A DNA stretch of 32,913 nucleotides, taken from contig CBDCEW010000016.1 in assembly GCA_965215885.1 (NCBI GenBank), positions 1 through 32,913 on the forward strand, read 5' to 3'. Of the stretch, positions 1-8,844 are shown in pieces. Position numbers and translations under genes: made by a program. This DNA is from Candidatus Moanibacter sp. (GTDB taxonomy: Bacteria > Verrucomicrobiota > Verrucomicrobiia > Opitutales > UBA2987). How positions within the stretch are numbered: the first letter of the stretch is position 1; every line of letters starts with the position of its first letter. The notes under the pieces were generated by a model. It had not been told where the DNA came from. It did not search any database and saw only the letters and a list, made by a program, of their open reading frames with translations.

Positions 1-1
1 G

Positions 2-424
2 CAGTCGACCGCCGAGTTGACTCGACACTACCAGGATTTCTGCAGAGACGAGATTCGCTATCGCGTGCCCGATGGCGAGAACCTGCACGACGTTGCTGCC
101 CGTGTGCAGCGATTCTTCGTCGACCGATGCCAGCTCTTGAAAGGTCCAGGGATCCATCTGATCGTGGGTCACAGGAATGTGAATAAGATGATCCTGAAGT
201 ACCTGATCGGGCTGTCGTTTGAGGAGGGATTTCGGGTGGAGCAGGAGCACCAGCGGCTCTACCTCTACTTCGACGCCTCGAAGGAGCTGTGGTTCTGCTG
301 GGTGGATGGCACGGCCGCCCGCCTCACAACGGGGGTATGCCACCACGATGGACAGCAGCTATGCATAATCAAGAAAGACCAAAGGAGGTTGCATGAAAAC
401 AGTCTATATCGCGATGAGCGCTGA
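2..424 (+). CDS. Histidine phosphatase (phosphoglycerate mutase-like) family protein, 5'-truncated by window edge; C-terminus possibly frameshifted
   Basis: Frame is open from position 2 ([10 protein letters not shown]...). It contains '[16 protein letters not shown]' (P-x-GE-S/N-like motif) and '[11 protein letters not shown]' (second catalytic His, the SHG equivalent). The N-terminal RHG motif would lie outside the window. Confidence 0.7.
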   Translation, partial: QSTAELTRHYQDFCRDEIRYRVPDGENLHDVAARVQRFFVDRCQLLKGPGIHLIVGHRNVNKMILKYLIGLSFEEGFRVEQEHQRLYLYFDASKELWFCWVDGTAARLTTGVCHHDGQQLCIIKKDQRRLHENSLYRDER

Positions 425-1691
425 TCTGATCACGCCGAGTCACGTGAACATCATCCAGGAAGCCAGGACGCTGGGTGAGGTGGTTATCGGCCTGCTGACC
501 GACAGTGCCGTCGCCGGCTACCAGCGGCTGCCCTACATGCCCTACGAGCAGCGCAAAGTCGTCATGGAGAACATTGTCGGCGTCAAAGAGGTGGTGCCCC
601 AGGAGACGCTGGACTACGTGCCGAACCTGCTGAAGATCAAGCCCGACTACGTGCTCCACCGCGACGACTGGAACACCGGCGTGCTGCGGGAGACCCGCCA
701 GCGCGTCATCGATACGCTCAAGCAATGGGGCGGGGAGCTTGTCGAGCCGCACCATATGCCCGGCATCACGTCTACGTCGCTCAGCCGGGCCATTCGGGAA
801 GTGGGCACCACGTCGCAGATACGCCGGGGAATGCTGAAGCGGCTGTTGGAGGCCAAACCGCTGATTCGCATTCTAGAAGCGCATAGCGGCCTGACGGGGC
901 TGATCGCCGAGACCGTTTCCGTCGAAAGCGACCACAGGGTCCTGGAGTTCGACGGGATCTGGATGAGCAGCCTCACCGACTCGGCCGTCAAGGCCAAGCC
1001 CGACATCGAGTACGTGGATATGACCTCGCGCATGAACACCGTCAGCGATATTCTCGAGAGCACGACTAAGCCCATCATCTTTGACGGCGATACCGGTGGG
1101 ATCTCCGAGCATTTCGTGTTCATGGTCCGCACGCTGGAGCGTCTCGGCGTCTCGGCCGTGATCATCGAAGATAAAAAAGGGCTGAAGAAGAACTCGCTCT
1201 TCGGCACCGACGTTGAGCAAATACAGGATGAAATCGAGGTTTTCGCGCACAAAGTCTCCTGCGGCAAGCATGCACAAGTGACCGACGACTTCATGATCAT
1301 TGCCCGCATTGAGAGCCTGATTCTCAAGGCCGGCATGGACGACGCACTGTCCCGCGCCCATGCCTATATCGCCGCCGGTACGGACGGCATTATGATCCAC
1401 AGCAGGGAGCCGACTCCCGACGAGGTGCTGACCTTCTGCAAGGAATACGCGAAGTTTAACAATCGCGTGCCGCTGGTGGCGGTGCCGTCGACGTTTAGCG
1501 CCATATCCGAGGATGAACTGGCGGAGGCGGGCTTTCGCATCGTGATCTACGCCAACCAACTCTTGCGCAGCGCCTACCCGGCCATGGTCCAGGTCGCCAG
1601 GAGTATTCTTCGTCACGGCCGAGCGGATGAGGCCGAGGAACGCTGCATGCCCATTAAGGACATCATCAGCCTGATTCCGGAAAGGACGTAA
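393..1691 (+). CDS. aepX: Phosphoenolpyruvate mutase with N-terminal cytidylyltransferase-like domain
   Basis: PEP-mutase signature EDK-X5-NS ([10 protein letters not shown]), plus EAHSGL, DGDTGG, IIARIES and IYANQLLR. The N-terminal ~130 aa are CTP_transf-like. RBS GGAGG lies just upstream. Confidence 0.95.
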   Translation: MKTVYIAMSADLITPSHVNIIQEARTLGEVVIGLLTDSAVAGYQRLPYMPYEQRKVVMENIVGVKEVVPQETLDYVPNLLKIKPDYVLHRDDWNTGVLRETRQRVIDTLKQWGGELVEPHHMPGITSTSLSRAIREVGTTSQIRRGMLKRLLEAKPLIRILEAHSGLTGLIAETVSVESDHRVLEFDGIWMSSLTDSAVKAKPDIEYVDMTSRMNTVSDILESTTKPIIFDGDTGGISEHFVFMVRTLERLGVSAVIIEDKKGLKKNSLFGTDVEQIQDEIEVFAHKVSCGKHAQVTDDFMIIARIESLILKAGMDDALSRAHAYIAAGTDGIMIHSREPTPDEVLTFCKEYAKFNNRVPLVAVPSTFSAISEDELAEAGFRIVIYANQLLRSAYPAMVQVARSILRHGRADEAEERCMPIKDIISLIPERT

Positions 1692-1698
1692 GCTAAGC

Positions 1699-2823
1699 AT
1701 GATTCGCTGTCAGGATTTTGTCGATTGGCTTGCGGTGCTCGGCGTGGATTTCTATGCCGGCGTGCCGGATTCGCTGCTCAAACCGGTTTGCTTTTACCTG
1801 GCCGACCATGCCGGCGACAAACATGTTGTGGCGGCCAATGAAGGCGGGGCGGTGGCCCTGGCGTGCGGGTACCATCTGGCCACGGGGAAAGTGCCGCTTG
1901 TTTACTTGCAGAACTCGGGTCAGGGCAATACGATCAATCCGCTGCTTTCGCTGGCCGACCGCGACGTCTACAGCATTCCGCTGCTGCTGCTGATCGGCTG
2001 GCGGGGCGAGCCCGGCACGAAAGACGAACCGCAGCACCTCAAGCAGGGCAAGGTCACCGTCAGCTTGCTGGAAGCGATGGACATTCCCTGTCGCGTCTTG
2101 GCACCAGAGCCCGAAGCGGCCCGGATCTGCGTGGAAGAGTTGCTGGCGCTCGCGGCGGCTGAGAGCCGACCGGTCGCATTGCTGGTCCGCAAGGGTACAT
2201 TCGAGCCTTACAAGCCGACAGGCCAACCCGCGAGTGACTTCCAAATGACTCGCGAGCAGGCCATCGAGGCGGTCGTTGCGGCCCTGGGCAAGACCGATGC
2301 GATCGTTTCCACGACGGGCAGGATATCGCGTGAACTGTACGAATACCGTGATCGCGCCGGCCAGGGCCACGAGCGGGAGTTCCTGACCGTCGGCTCGATG
2401 GGGCACGCCTCACAGATTGCCATCGGCATCGCTCTGGCCAAGCCGGATCGACAGGTATTTTGCCTGGACGGCGACGGTGCCATGCTGATGCACATGGGCG
2501 GCGCTGCGATTGTCGGTGCCGCAGGCGTGGCGAACTTCAAGCATGTCATCTTGAACAACGGCGTACACGATTCCGTTGGCGGCATGGCCACCGCGGGTCT
2601 GCGGGTCTCATTCTCGAAAATTGTCAAGGCGTGCGATTACACTGAAGCGTGGCGCGTCGAGCGGCGCGATGACTTGGCCGAGAAGGTAGTCCGGCTTCGT
2701 GACGCGCGGGGGCCGGCCATGCTGGAGATCATGGTCCAGAAGGGCGCACGGGCCGACCTGGGCCGACCGAAAACCTCGCCCATCGAAAACAAGACGGCCT
2801 TCACGGAGTTCCTGTCCCAGTGA
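1699..2823 (+). CDS. aepY: Phosphonopyruvate decarboxylase (ThDP-dependent)
   Basis: Motifs GVPDSLLK, ANEGGAV, QNSGQGN, DEPQH, GSMGH and the ThDP motif DGDG...NNG. Starts 7 bp downstream of the PEP mutase. Confidence 0.95.
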   Translation: MIRCQDFVDWLAVLGVDFYAGVPDSLLKPVCFYLADHAGDKHVVAANEGGAVALACGYHLATGKVPLVYLQNSGQGNTINPLLSLADRDVYSIPLLLLIGWRGEPGTKDEPQHLKQGKVTVSLLEAMDIPCRVLAPEPEAARICVEELLALAAAESRPVALLVRKGTFEPYKPTGQPASDFQMTREQAIEAVVAALGKTDAIVSTTGRISRELYEYRDRAGQGHEREFLTVGSMGHASQIAIGIALAKPDRQVFCLDGDGAMLMHMGGAAIVGAAGVANFKHVILNNGVHDSVGGMATAGLRVSFSKIVKACDYTEAWRVERRDDLAEKVVRLRDARGPAMLEIMVQKGARADLGRPKTSPIENKTAFTEFLSQ

Positions 2824-2854
2824 CGCAGGAAGAACACATTGGGCTTCGACGTAA

Positions 2855-3997
2855 TTAGTTGCACGGAAGCTCGATGTCCATCTCACCGAGCGTCGCCCGG
2901 ATCGCTGCGAGCAGGGCAAGAACGTCGCACTCGAAGAGACGTCCGATGTTACCGATGCGGAAGCAATCGGCGCTCGACACCTTGCCGGGGTAAATCACGA
3001 ATCCCTTGTCGCTCAACCGCGTGTAGAACTCTTCAAACTGAAAGTGCGGATGATTCGGGTAGCAGAAAGCGGTGATGATCGTGCCTTGCAGTTCGGGCCG
3101 CAGATACTCGGCAAACCCCATTTCGCGCATCCCGGCGACAAGCGCTTTGTAATTGGCACGGTAGCGGGCGGCTCGGCCCTCGACGCCGCCTTCGGCCTCC
3201 AACTCGCGGAGCGCCTGCTCGAACGCCAGGATCACTTGCGTTGGTGGCGTGAAGCGGAATTGTCCATTCGCTTCCAGACCCTGCCATTGCGCCAGCAGGT
3301 CGAAGCTCAGAGAGCGGGCCCAACCTTCCGTGACCTGAAGCGAAGCGCGACGGCAGATCGCAAACGAGAAGCCAGGCACGCCCTCGATGCACTTATTGGC
3401 TGACGAAACCAGAAAATCGATTCCGCACTTCTCGAAGTCAAACTGGACAGCACCGAAAGCGCTCATCGAGTCGACGAAGTAGACCTTCTCATGATGCTTG
3501 ACCGCTTCACCAATTTCTTCAATGGGATTGATGGCACCAGTCGTCGTCTCGCAGTGAACGACGGCGACGTTGGTGATCGCTGAGTCCTGGGCCAGCATGC
3601 GGTCGACGTCTGTCCCTACGGGCAACCTGTTTGGCGTGTATTCGAGTGTCGCCGTGTCGATTTTCAATACCCTCGCGATCCTCGCGATCCGATCGCCATA
3701 GGCACCATTGATGATCACCAGCAGTTTGCCGTCCGGGGGAATCGTCGAACCGATGATCGACTCAAGGCCGAAAGTTCCACTGCCCTGCATGAGGACCGCT
3801 TCGTATCCCTTGTCTCTCGACACACCTGCAACCGTCAGCAGTGCCTGGCGAACGTCGCGCACCGCTTGAATGAACTCAAGATCGCGCGAGCCCAGATCCC
3901 GCAGCATCGCTTGTTTGACGGTTTGACTGGTGGTCAGCGGGCCGGGCGTAAATAACGTCTTGTCCTTCGCGGAAGAAATTTGTGTTCTATCGGTCAA
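2855..3997 (-). CDS. phnW: 2-aminoethylphosphonate:pyruvate transaminase (class V PLP), AepZ/PhnW
   Basis: Motifs [39 protein letters not shown] (PLP lysine), RFTPPT, IYPGK and FRIGNIG. TTG start with GGAGGAG upstream. Confidence 0.93.
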   Translation of the reverse strand: MTDRTQISSAKDKTLFTPGPLTTSQTVKQAMLRDLGSRDLEFIQAVRDVRQALLTVAGVSRDKGYEAVLMQGSGTFGLESIIGSTIPPDGKLLVIINGAYGDRIARIARVLKIDTATLEYTPNRLPVGTDVDRMLAQDSAITNVAVVHCETTTGAINPIEEIGEAVKHHEKVYFVDSMSAFGAVQFDFEKCGIDFLVSSANKCIEGVPGFSFAICRRASLQVTEGWARSLSFDLLAQWQGLEANGQFRFTPPTQVILAFEQALRELEAEGGVEGRAARYRANYKALVAGMREMGFAEYLRPELQGTIITAFCYPNHPHFQFEEFYTRLSDKGFVIYPGKVSSADCFRIGNIGRLFECDVLALLAAIRATLGEMDIELPCN

Positions 3998-4337
3998 TAT
4001 GGAACTCCTCCCGATGATTCGTGAATTCTCGCTGCTCCATAGTAATTCAGTAAATACTCCTTCGGTTAGACAGCGAGGCCGAAATCTTTGATTGCTTCGT
4101 AGAGCCTTCGCAGCGGAAGGCTTTGCTTCGGCGTATCAGGTTCATTCTTGCTCGTCCAGTTCGGAGGGAGCAAGTTTCGCATCGTGAGGCAAGTGGATGT
4201 TCGATGATTTACAGTTTTGAATTGGAGGTTGGATAGGGTTTGTACGCTGAAGAGGAAGAGAACGTGCGGCGGAGCGCCCGTTCCACCACTAACAGGTTAT
4301 CGGGTACGGTTGCTTAAAGGACGAAGGAGAAAAGAAC

Positions 4338-6095
4338 GTGTGGCGGAGCGCAATAGTTCGAAACTTCGAAGCTGATCCGGTCTCTGAAGTTCGATTTAGA
4401 TTTCTCCTCTTGGCGCCGCTTTTAGTTGGATTTGCGCTGAGGCTCCATGGCTTGTCGGATCAGGTCATTCTCGATGATGAATGGCATGGTTTGGAGTTCG
4501 TGACAGGCAGATCCTTCGGTTTCCTGCTGACGCATTTCGGAATAGGAGCGACTTGCATCCCCCTAAATCTCTACCGATTCGCTCTCTTTCATTCGATCGG
4601 TTGGTCGGAAGTGCTTCTGAAGCTTCCCGCAATTATCCCCGGGCTCTTCAGCCTTCTCATTTTTCCGTTCATGGTGAAGAGGATCTTTGGGAGTCGAATC
4701 GCACTACTATTTACTTGGCTCCTGGCTATCGCCCCGTTCCTCATCTTTTACAGCCGGGTGCTTCGTCCCTACAGCATGGTCGCGTTCTTAACTTTTGCAG
4801 CCATTTGGACAGCCTACATTTGGATGAAAACCGGGGAGAGGAGATACCTGATCTGCTATGGCTTAGCAGCGGTCCTGGCAGTCTATTTCCATCTTTTCGC
4901 TGCAATCGCGGTGTTCGCTCCCTTGGGGTGTGGCGTGCTGCTGAAAATCTTCCCTTCATTTTTCGGACGAATTGGAGAAGGAGAAGAGATAATACCTTCG
5001 GTGTGGGCTGTCTCATCGAGCGGCGTTTCGGTCGCCCTCATAGTTTCCCTGCTTATCGTGCCCGCATTCTACAACTCCGCACTGCCAACCCTGTTGCACA
5101 TCGATCACATTACGATAAGATCGTTATGGGAGTTTGCCTCTATGCTCAGTGGCACGGCGAACCCGCTTCTCGTTGTGATTTTAACCGCGTTGGGCGCAGG
5201 CGGTTTGATAGTCCTTATATTTAGAGTTCCCTTACTCGGTCTGACAGTCGGTTCAATTTGGATTCTATATTTCCTCCTTTTGGTTGTCACGGGACCAAAC
5301 TTTATTAGTGCCGCAATCGTAATTTCCCGGTATCTGATTTCCCTCTTTCCTTTGAATTTTCTCCTCGTTGCGGTGGGCGTGGAGAGTTTGCTTGCTGAGT
5401 CTCAGTGCCGTTCCCTGTTCCGAAATCGGTTTGGTATTGTAGGATTTGTCCTTCGCTCAGGCCTGGTTGGAGGCCTGATACTGTTCGGACCCTTGTGGAG
5501 AGTCTACTATCCTGCAAACAACTTCACTAACCATTCTGCCTTCCAGGAATCCTACAGGCCGATGCGTTGGGATCGTTCATACGAAAGTGATACGTTTCCA
5601 GGCAATATTCAGGTCACTGAGAAGTACGTCTCGTCTTTTTATCGGAATTTGGCTTCCGAAGTGGGCGTAAAACGCGTCATCGAGTATCCCATGCAGATGG
5701 GCGACCATTTTAATCTCCATTACTACACTCAGCATTTTCACGAGAAGGAAGTCGTGATTGGCTATATCACAGGTCTTGATGTCCCGGATACGCCCTCTAC
5801 GGGATTGATATTCGGAGATATACCCTGCGACTACATATTCAGCCGACTGACCGATACGAGTGTGCTGCGTTTCAGGACAATGGTCGATATGGCGGACATT
5901 AGAGCGATTCGCGAGTGTGGAGCTGAGTTAGTGATTCTACACAGATATCTTTCACCGGGGGTCGATCCGGAATCGGGAGCGATAATGCGGCGGACTTACG
6001 CTCCATCGCAGTATCTGAGCTCGAGATTCAGGGCTAATTTCGGACTTCCGGTTTTTGAAGATTCCACGCTTGTTGTCTTTAGGATCGCGAGGTGA
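4338..6095 (+). CDS. Polytopic membrane glycosyltransferase-like protein (GT-C/ArnT/PMT type); start codon uncertain
   Basis: First TM helix is followed by 'LRL..L...ILDDEW' (acidic DE motif), then 'P.LIFYSRVLRPYS' and 'SRYL'. Many hydrophobic segments and a soluble C-terminal domain. Confidence 0.7.
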   Translation: MWRSAIVRNFEADPVSEVRFRFLLLAPLLVGFALRLHGLSDQVILDDEWHGLEFVTGRSFGFLLTHFGIGATCIPLNLYRFALFHSIGWSEVLLKLPAIIPGLFSLLIFPFMVKRIFGSRIALLFTWLLAIAPFLIFYSRVLRPYSMVAFLTFAAIWTAYIWMKTGERRYLICYGLAAVLAVYFHLFAAIAVFAPLGCGVLLKIFPSFFGRIGEGEEIIPSVWAVSSSGVSVALIVSLLIVPAFYNSALPTLLHIDHITIRSLWEFASMLSGTANPLLVVILTALGAGGLIVLIFRVPLLGLTVGSIWILYFLLLVVTGPNFISAAIVISRYLISLFPLNFLLVAVGVESLLAESQCRSLFRNRFGIVGFVLRSGLVGGLILFGPLWRVYYPANNFTNHSAFQESYRPMRWDRSYESDTFPGNIQVTEKYVSSFYRNLASEVGVKRVIEYPMQMGDHFNLHYYTQHFHEKEVVIGYITGLDVPDTPSTGLIFGDIPCDYIFSRLTDTSVLRFRTMVDMADIRAIRECGAELVILHRYLSPGVDPESGAIMRRTYAPSQYLSSRFRANFGLPVFEDSTLVVFRIAR

Positions 6096-6142
6096 TTACG
6101 GTTGGGGTGAGGGAAAATCCCTTCGGCGTTATCAAGATTGGT

Positions 6143-6290
6143 TGTAGGAGAGGCTTTACGCCTCGATGCGGACCATCATGTTTCATCGCGGGGTAAACCC
6201 GCTCCTACATCCCTCGCGGGTTTTCGTATTGTGGTTCTGAACTCCTGATATCCGCCAGGTTGTAGGAGAGGCTTTATGCCTCGATGCGAA
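6143..6290. repeat. GTAG-type REP array (left of RAYT)
   Basis: TGTAGGAGAGGCTTTA(C/T)GCCTCGATG at 6143 and 6261 (118-bp period), with the inverted copy CATCGCGGGGTAAACCCGCTCCTACA ending at 6209. Confidence 0.9.
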
Positions 6291-6329
6291 TATATTCGTT
6301 CGTCCCGCAGCCGCGCATACGCGTAAACC

Positions 6330-6530
6330 TTATTTTCGCAACTTAGTCAGATTCAAAGACTTGCGAGGTATTTTGCGGCGGAGTATGAGGGTGTCTCTAT
6401 CCTCGAGGTTCCACTCCATTTGTTCGCCCTTTTCTATTTGCTTCGTTTCGACCACAGCGGTGAGGAAATTCGCAGTTGAGCGAGTGCATTTTGGCCGGGT
6501 TATCTTCTCTACTTTTACCGTCTACCCCAT
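6330..6530 (-). pseudogene. Small AbrB/MazE-like accessory gene inside the IS, nonsense codon at position 3
   Basis: Manual translation: MG*TVKVEKITRPKCTRSTANFLTAVVETKQIEKGEQMEWNLEDRDTLILRRKIPRKSLNLTKLRK*. 'IEKGEQMEW.LED..TLILRR' resembles the AbrB swapped-hairpin pattern. The final stop abuts the left IR. Confidence 0.6.
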
Positions 6531-6593
6531 TTTTTTTCACTTTGGCAGCATTTTATACTGTACATTCGTTCATATATAGGATTTATCCTTCGG

Positions 6594-7913
6594 ATGCAAA
6601 GTATAAAAAAAGCTGATTGTATCCGTCAAACCTTCCGTAAGTTGAACCTCACAGCCCTCGCTAAACAGAGTGGTTTTAGAGAGAGGAAATCGCGCAAGAT
6701 CTCCCCTCTGAACTTTGTTTTGGCTTTGCTGGCGATGGCTTCTAAGGGGGCCTTGTCCCTTGGCAAAGAAGCCGAGCTTATTGGATTCTTAGCCAACCGC
6801 ACCATTTCCAGACAAGCGGTCCAAAAGTGCGCCAAAAAAGCCACCGCTTTTATGACCTTAGTGCTCCTGAGGCTTTTAGAACTTAAAGCTTATGGGCCTG
6901 TGGGCAGAGCTGTTCCAAATTGCATGAGGAGCTTTGAACGGGTTCTCATTGCCGACAGCACTTCGATTGGCTTGCCTAAGGTCCTGGCCCCCTTCTTCCC
7001 CGGAGCGTCCAATCAGACAGGCTCCAAACAGGCTCAACTGAAGATTCAGGCCTATTACGATCTGCGCAATGAATCCTTCGTTGACTTCAGCCTCAGTAGC
7101 TTCCGAAAAAACGATCAGGCTGCTTCCAAAGACATTCTCGCTCTCGCTCAACCCAACGACTTGATCCTGCGCGACTTAGGCTATTTTGTCCTCGATGTCT
7201 TTAAGCAACTCGATCAGCGCGGCTGCTTCTTTGTGAGTCGTTTGAAAACCGGCACTTGCCTTTTAGCCAACGAAGGCGATGAAGAGCTCGATCTACGCAA
7301 ACTTTTACGTGGCCAAAAGCTTCTCGATATGCCCGTTCGGGTGGGTAAAAAAGCCAAGCTTCCGGTTCGTCTGATCGCCGTCAAACTCCCTCAGAAGGTG
7401 GCCCATAAACGCCGCCGCGAGCATAGACAAAACCGCGACAATAGACTTCGATATACCAGCCGCACCAGCTTCCTTCTCGGTTTCCAAATCTTTATTACCA
7501 ACCTCCATCAGAAAGACTTTAGCCCTAAGCAGATTCTGAGCTTTTACGGGCTTCGCTGGCGCATCGAAATTTTCTTTAAGGCCTTTAAGCAACATCTTAA
7601 TCTCGGTCAGGTCAAAGAGACTACTCCCTACCAGGTTGAGCTTCTTATCTACGCCCGTCTCATCCTCATTACCCACTTACTCAACTTCGTCTATGGTCCC
7701 CTTAGACACTATTCGAATACCAGTTTGTCCTCTCCTCTGAGTATCCTTAAATTCTCCTACTGGTTTGGCTTCTTTGCTCCCTACTTCTTCATCCTCTCTC
7801 ACCTTCCCAAAGATCAGATCATCCCCCGATGGCTCAAACAAATCCCCAAACACTGCACCTATGAAAAGCGTTCTCGTCTTGATTTCCTCTCTTGTTTCTT
7901 CTCCTTAGGTTAA
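6594..7913 (+). CDS. IS4-family DDE transposase
   Basis: Motifs IADST, RDLGY, FVSRLK, and the IS4 Y-x2-R-x3-E-x6-K signature (YGLRWRIEIFFKAFK). Confidence 0.92.
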   Translation: MQSIKKADCIRQTFRKLNLTALAKQSGFRERKSRKISPLNFVLALLAMASKGALSLGKEAELIGFLANRTISRQAVQKCAKKATAFMTLVLLRLLELKAYGPVGRAVPNCMRSFERVLIADSTSIGLPKVLAPFFPGASNQTGSKQAQLKIQAYYDLRNESFVDFSLSSFRKNDQAASKDILALAQPNDLILRDLGYFVLDVFKQLDQRGCFFVSRLKTGTCLLANEGDEELDLRKLLRGQKLLDMPVRVGKKAKLPVRLIAVKLPQKVAHKRRREHRQNRDNRLRYTSRTSFLLGFQIFITNLHQKDFSPKQILSFYGLRWRIEIFFKAFKQHLNLGQVKETTPYQVELLIYARLILITHLLNFVYGPLRHYSNTSLSSPLSILKFSYWFGFFAPYFFILSHLPKDQIIPRWLKQIPKHCTYEKRSRLDFLSCFFSLG

Positions 7914-7955
7914 CGCAAATGCGCTCAGCGGGACTTCGGCTGAAGCCCGCGATAT

Positions 7956-8464
7956 CTACTTAAGCCATTCAGGATACGGGCAATCTGCGTTTGTCATCCC
8001 GCCGAACCATTTCCAATCCTCTTCGCAGCAATAAAAATACGGCCATTTCTCCATAGTTTCAATTAGACTCTTTCGATAGGGATTTAGTAAGAGATATAGA
8101 AAAACGGGCAGAATCGGCTCATGAGACCGTAGCTGATGTTCGAATATACCTCCGCGTTACCATTGCAGTTTCCGGTTTCGCAAGCCCACCGATGACCGGC
8201 CTTTTAACTTCCGAATACCAGCTGACAGATTATCCTTTAACCCCAATCGAACGACCGCGTGGAGATGATCCGGCATGAGCGTCAAGGTCCTTAAAAACCA
8301 TGCGTCTTCGGCATCCATTTCATTGTTGATTTGGAGGAATTGTTCGAATAGGGCGTCGCACGCCAACCCCGTTTTTCGTTCGTACAGATTGTTAGAAAGT
8401 AGGAAGCGTGCGGTTTGGAAGACCTACCCCTATGCAGTTGAGCGTGACCCCGCTTCCGCTTCAT
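7956..8464 (-). pseudogene. REP-associated tyrosine transposase (RAYT, Y1/HUH), disrupted
   Basis: Manual translation: MKRKRGHAQLHRGRSSKPHASYFLTICT, frameshift near 8380, ...LMPDHLH (HUH)...LQW, TAA at 8157-8159, then RGGIFEHQLR...YLLLNPYR...WPY...EWLK* (TAG at 7956-7958). Flanked by REP arrays on both sides. Confidence 0.88.
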
Positions 8465-8544
8465 TCAAGAGTTATCTGACGATTGACGTCGGTTCTCAAG
8501 GAATTCCACCGGATTCGATGTTGTCGGGGTGTGAATTTGAATTC

Positions 8545-8795
8545 CATCGGGGCATAAAGCCCCTCCTACAGACCCTCACGGGTGTTCGAAGAATGGTTCC
8601 AAACTCCTGATGACCGCCAGGCTGTAGGAGAGGCTTTATGCCTCGATGCGAATCACCTTGTTTCATCGCGGGGTAAACCCGCTCCTACATCCCTCGCGGG
8701 TGTTCGAGTTTTGGTTCAAAACTTCAGATAACCGCAAGGTTGTAGGAGAGGCTTCTCGACACGGCGTAGCGCAGCGAAGACGGTTACGCCTCGAT
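8545..8795. repeat. GTAG-type REP array (right of RAYT)
   Basis: Inverted REP copies end at 8570 and 8689; forward copies start at 8623 and 8741 (118-bp period). Spacers resemble those of the left array. The last copy carries a 30-bp insertion. Confidence 0.9.
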
Positions 8796-8844
8796 GGGAT
8801 TAGCTGGTTTACATTATTCCTGAGTTTCATCCAGAATACCTGTG

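Larger units (their letters stand above)
6316..7921 (+). mobile_element. IS4-family-like insertion sequence
   Basis: Imperfect terminal IRs CATACGCGTAAACCT (6316) and AGGTTAACGCAAATG (ends 7921), 12/15 matching. The transposase stop lies inside the right IR. No clean TSD. Confidence 0.85.

Noticed and set aside
369..3403. Long antisense/alternate-frame ORFs over the aep genes (and similar ones over later genes)
   Set aside because: They are shadow ORFs of GC-rich coding sequence with no motifs.
4260..4351. 18-bp direct repeat GAACGTG(C/T)GGCGGAGCGC near the GT-C start
   Set aside because: The repeat is real but has only two copies and no supportable function. It mainly makes the GTG start uncertain.
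6143..8795. Regularly spaced repeats as a CRISPR array
   Set aside because: The repeats alternate in orientation, the spacers are similar to each other, there are no cas genes, and a RAYT lies between the arrays.
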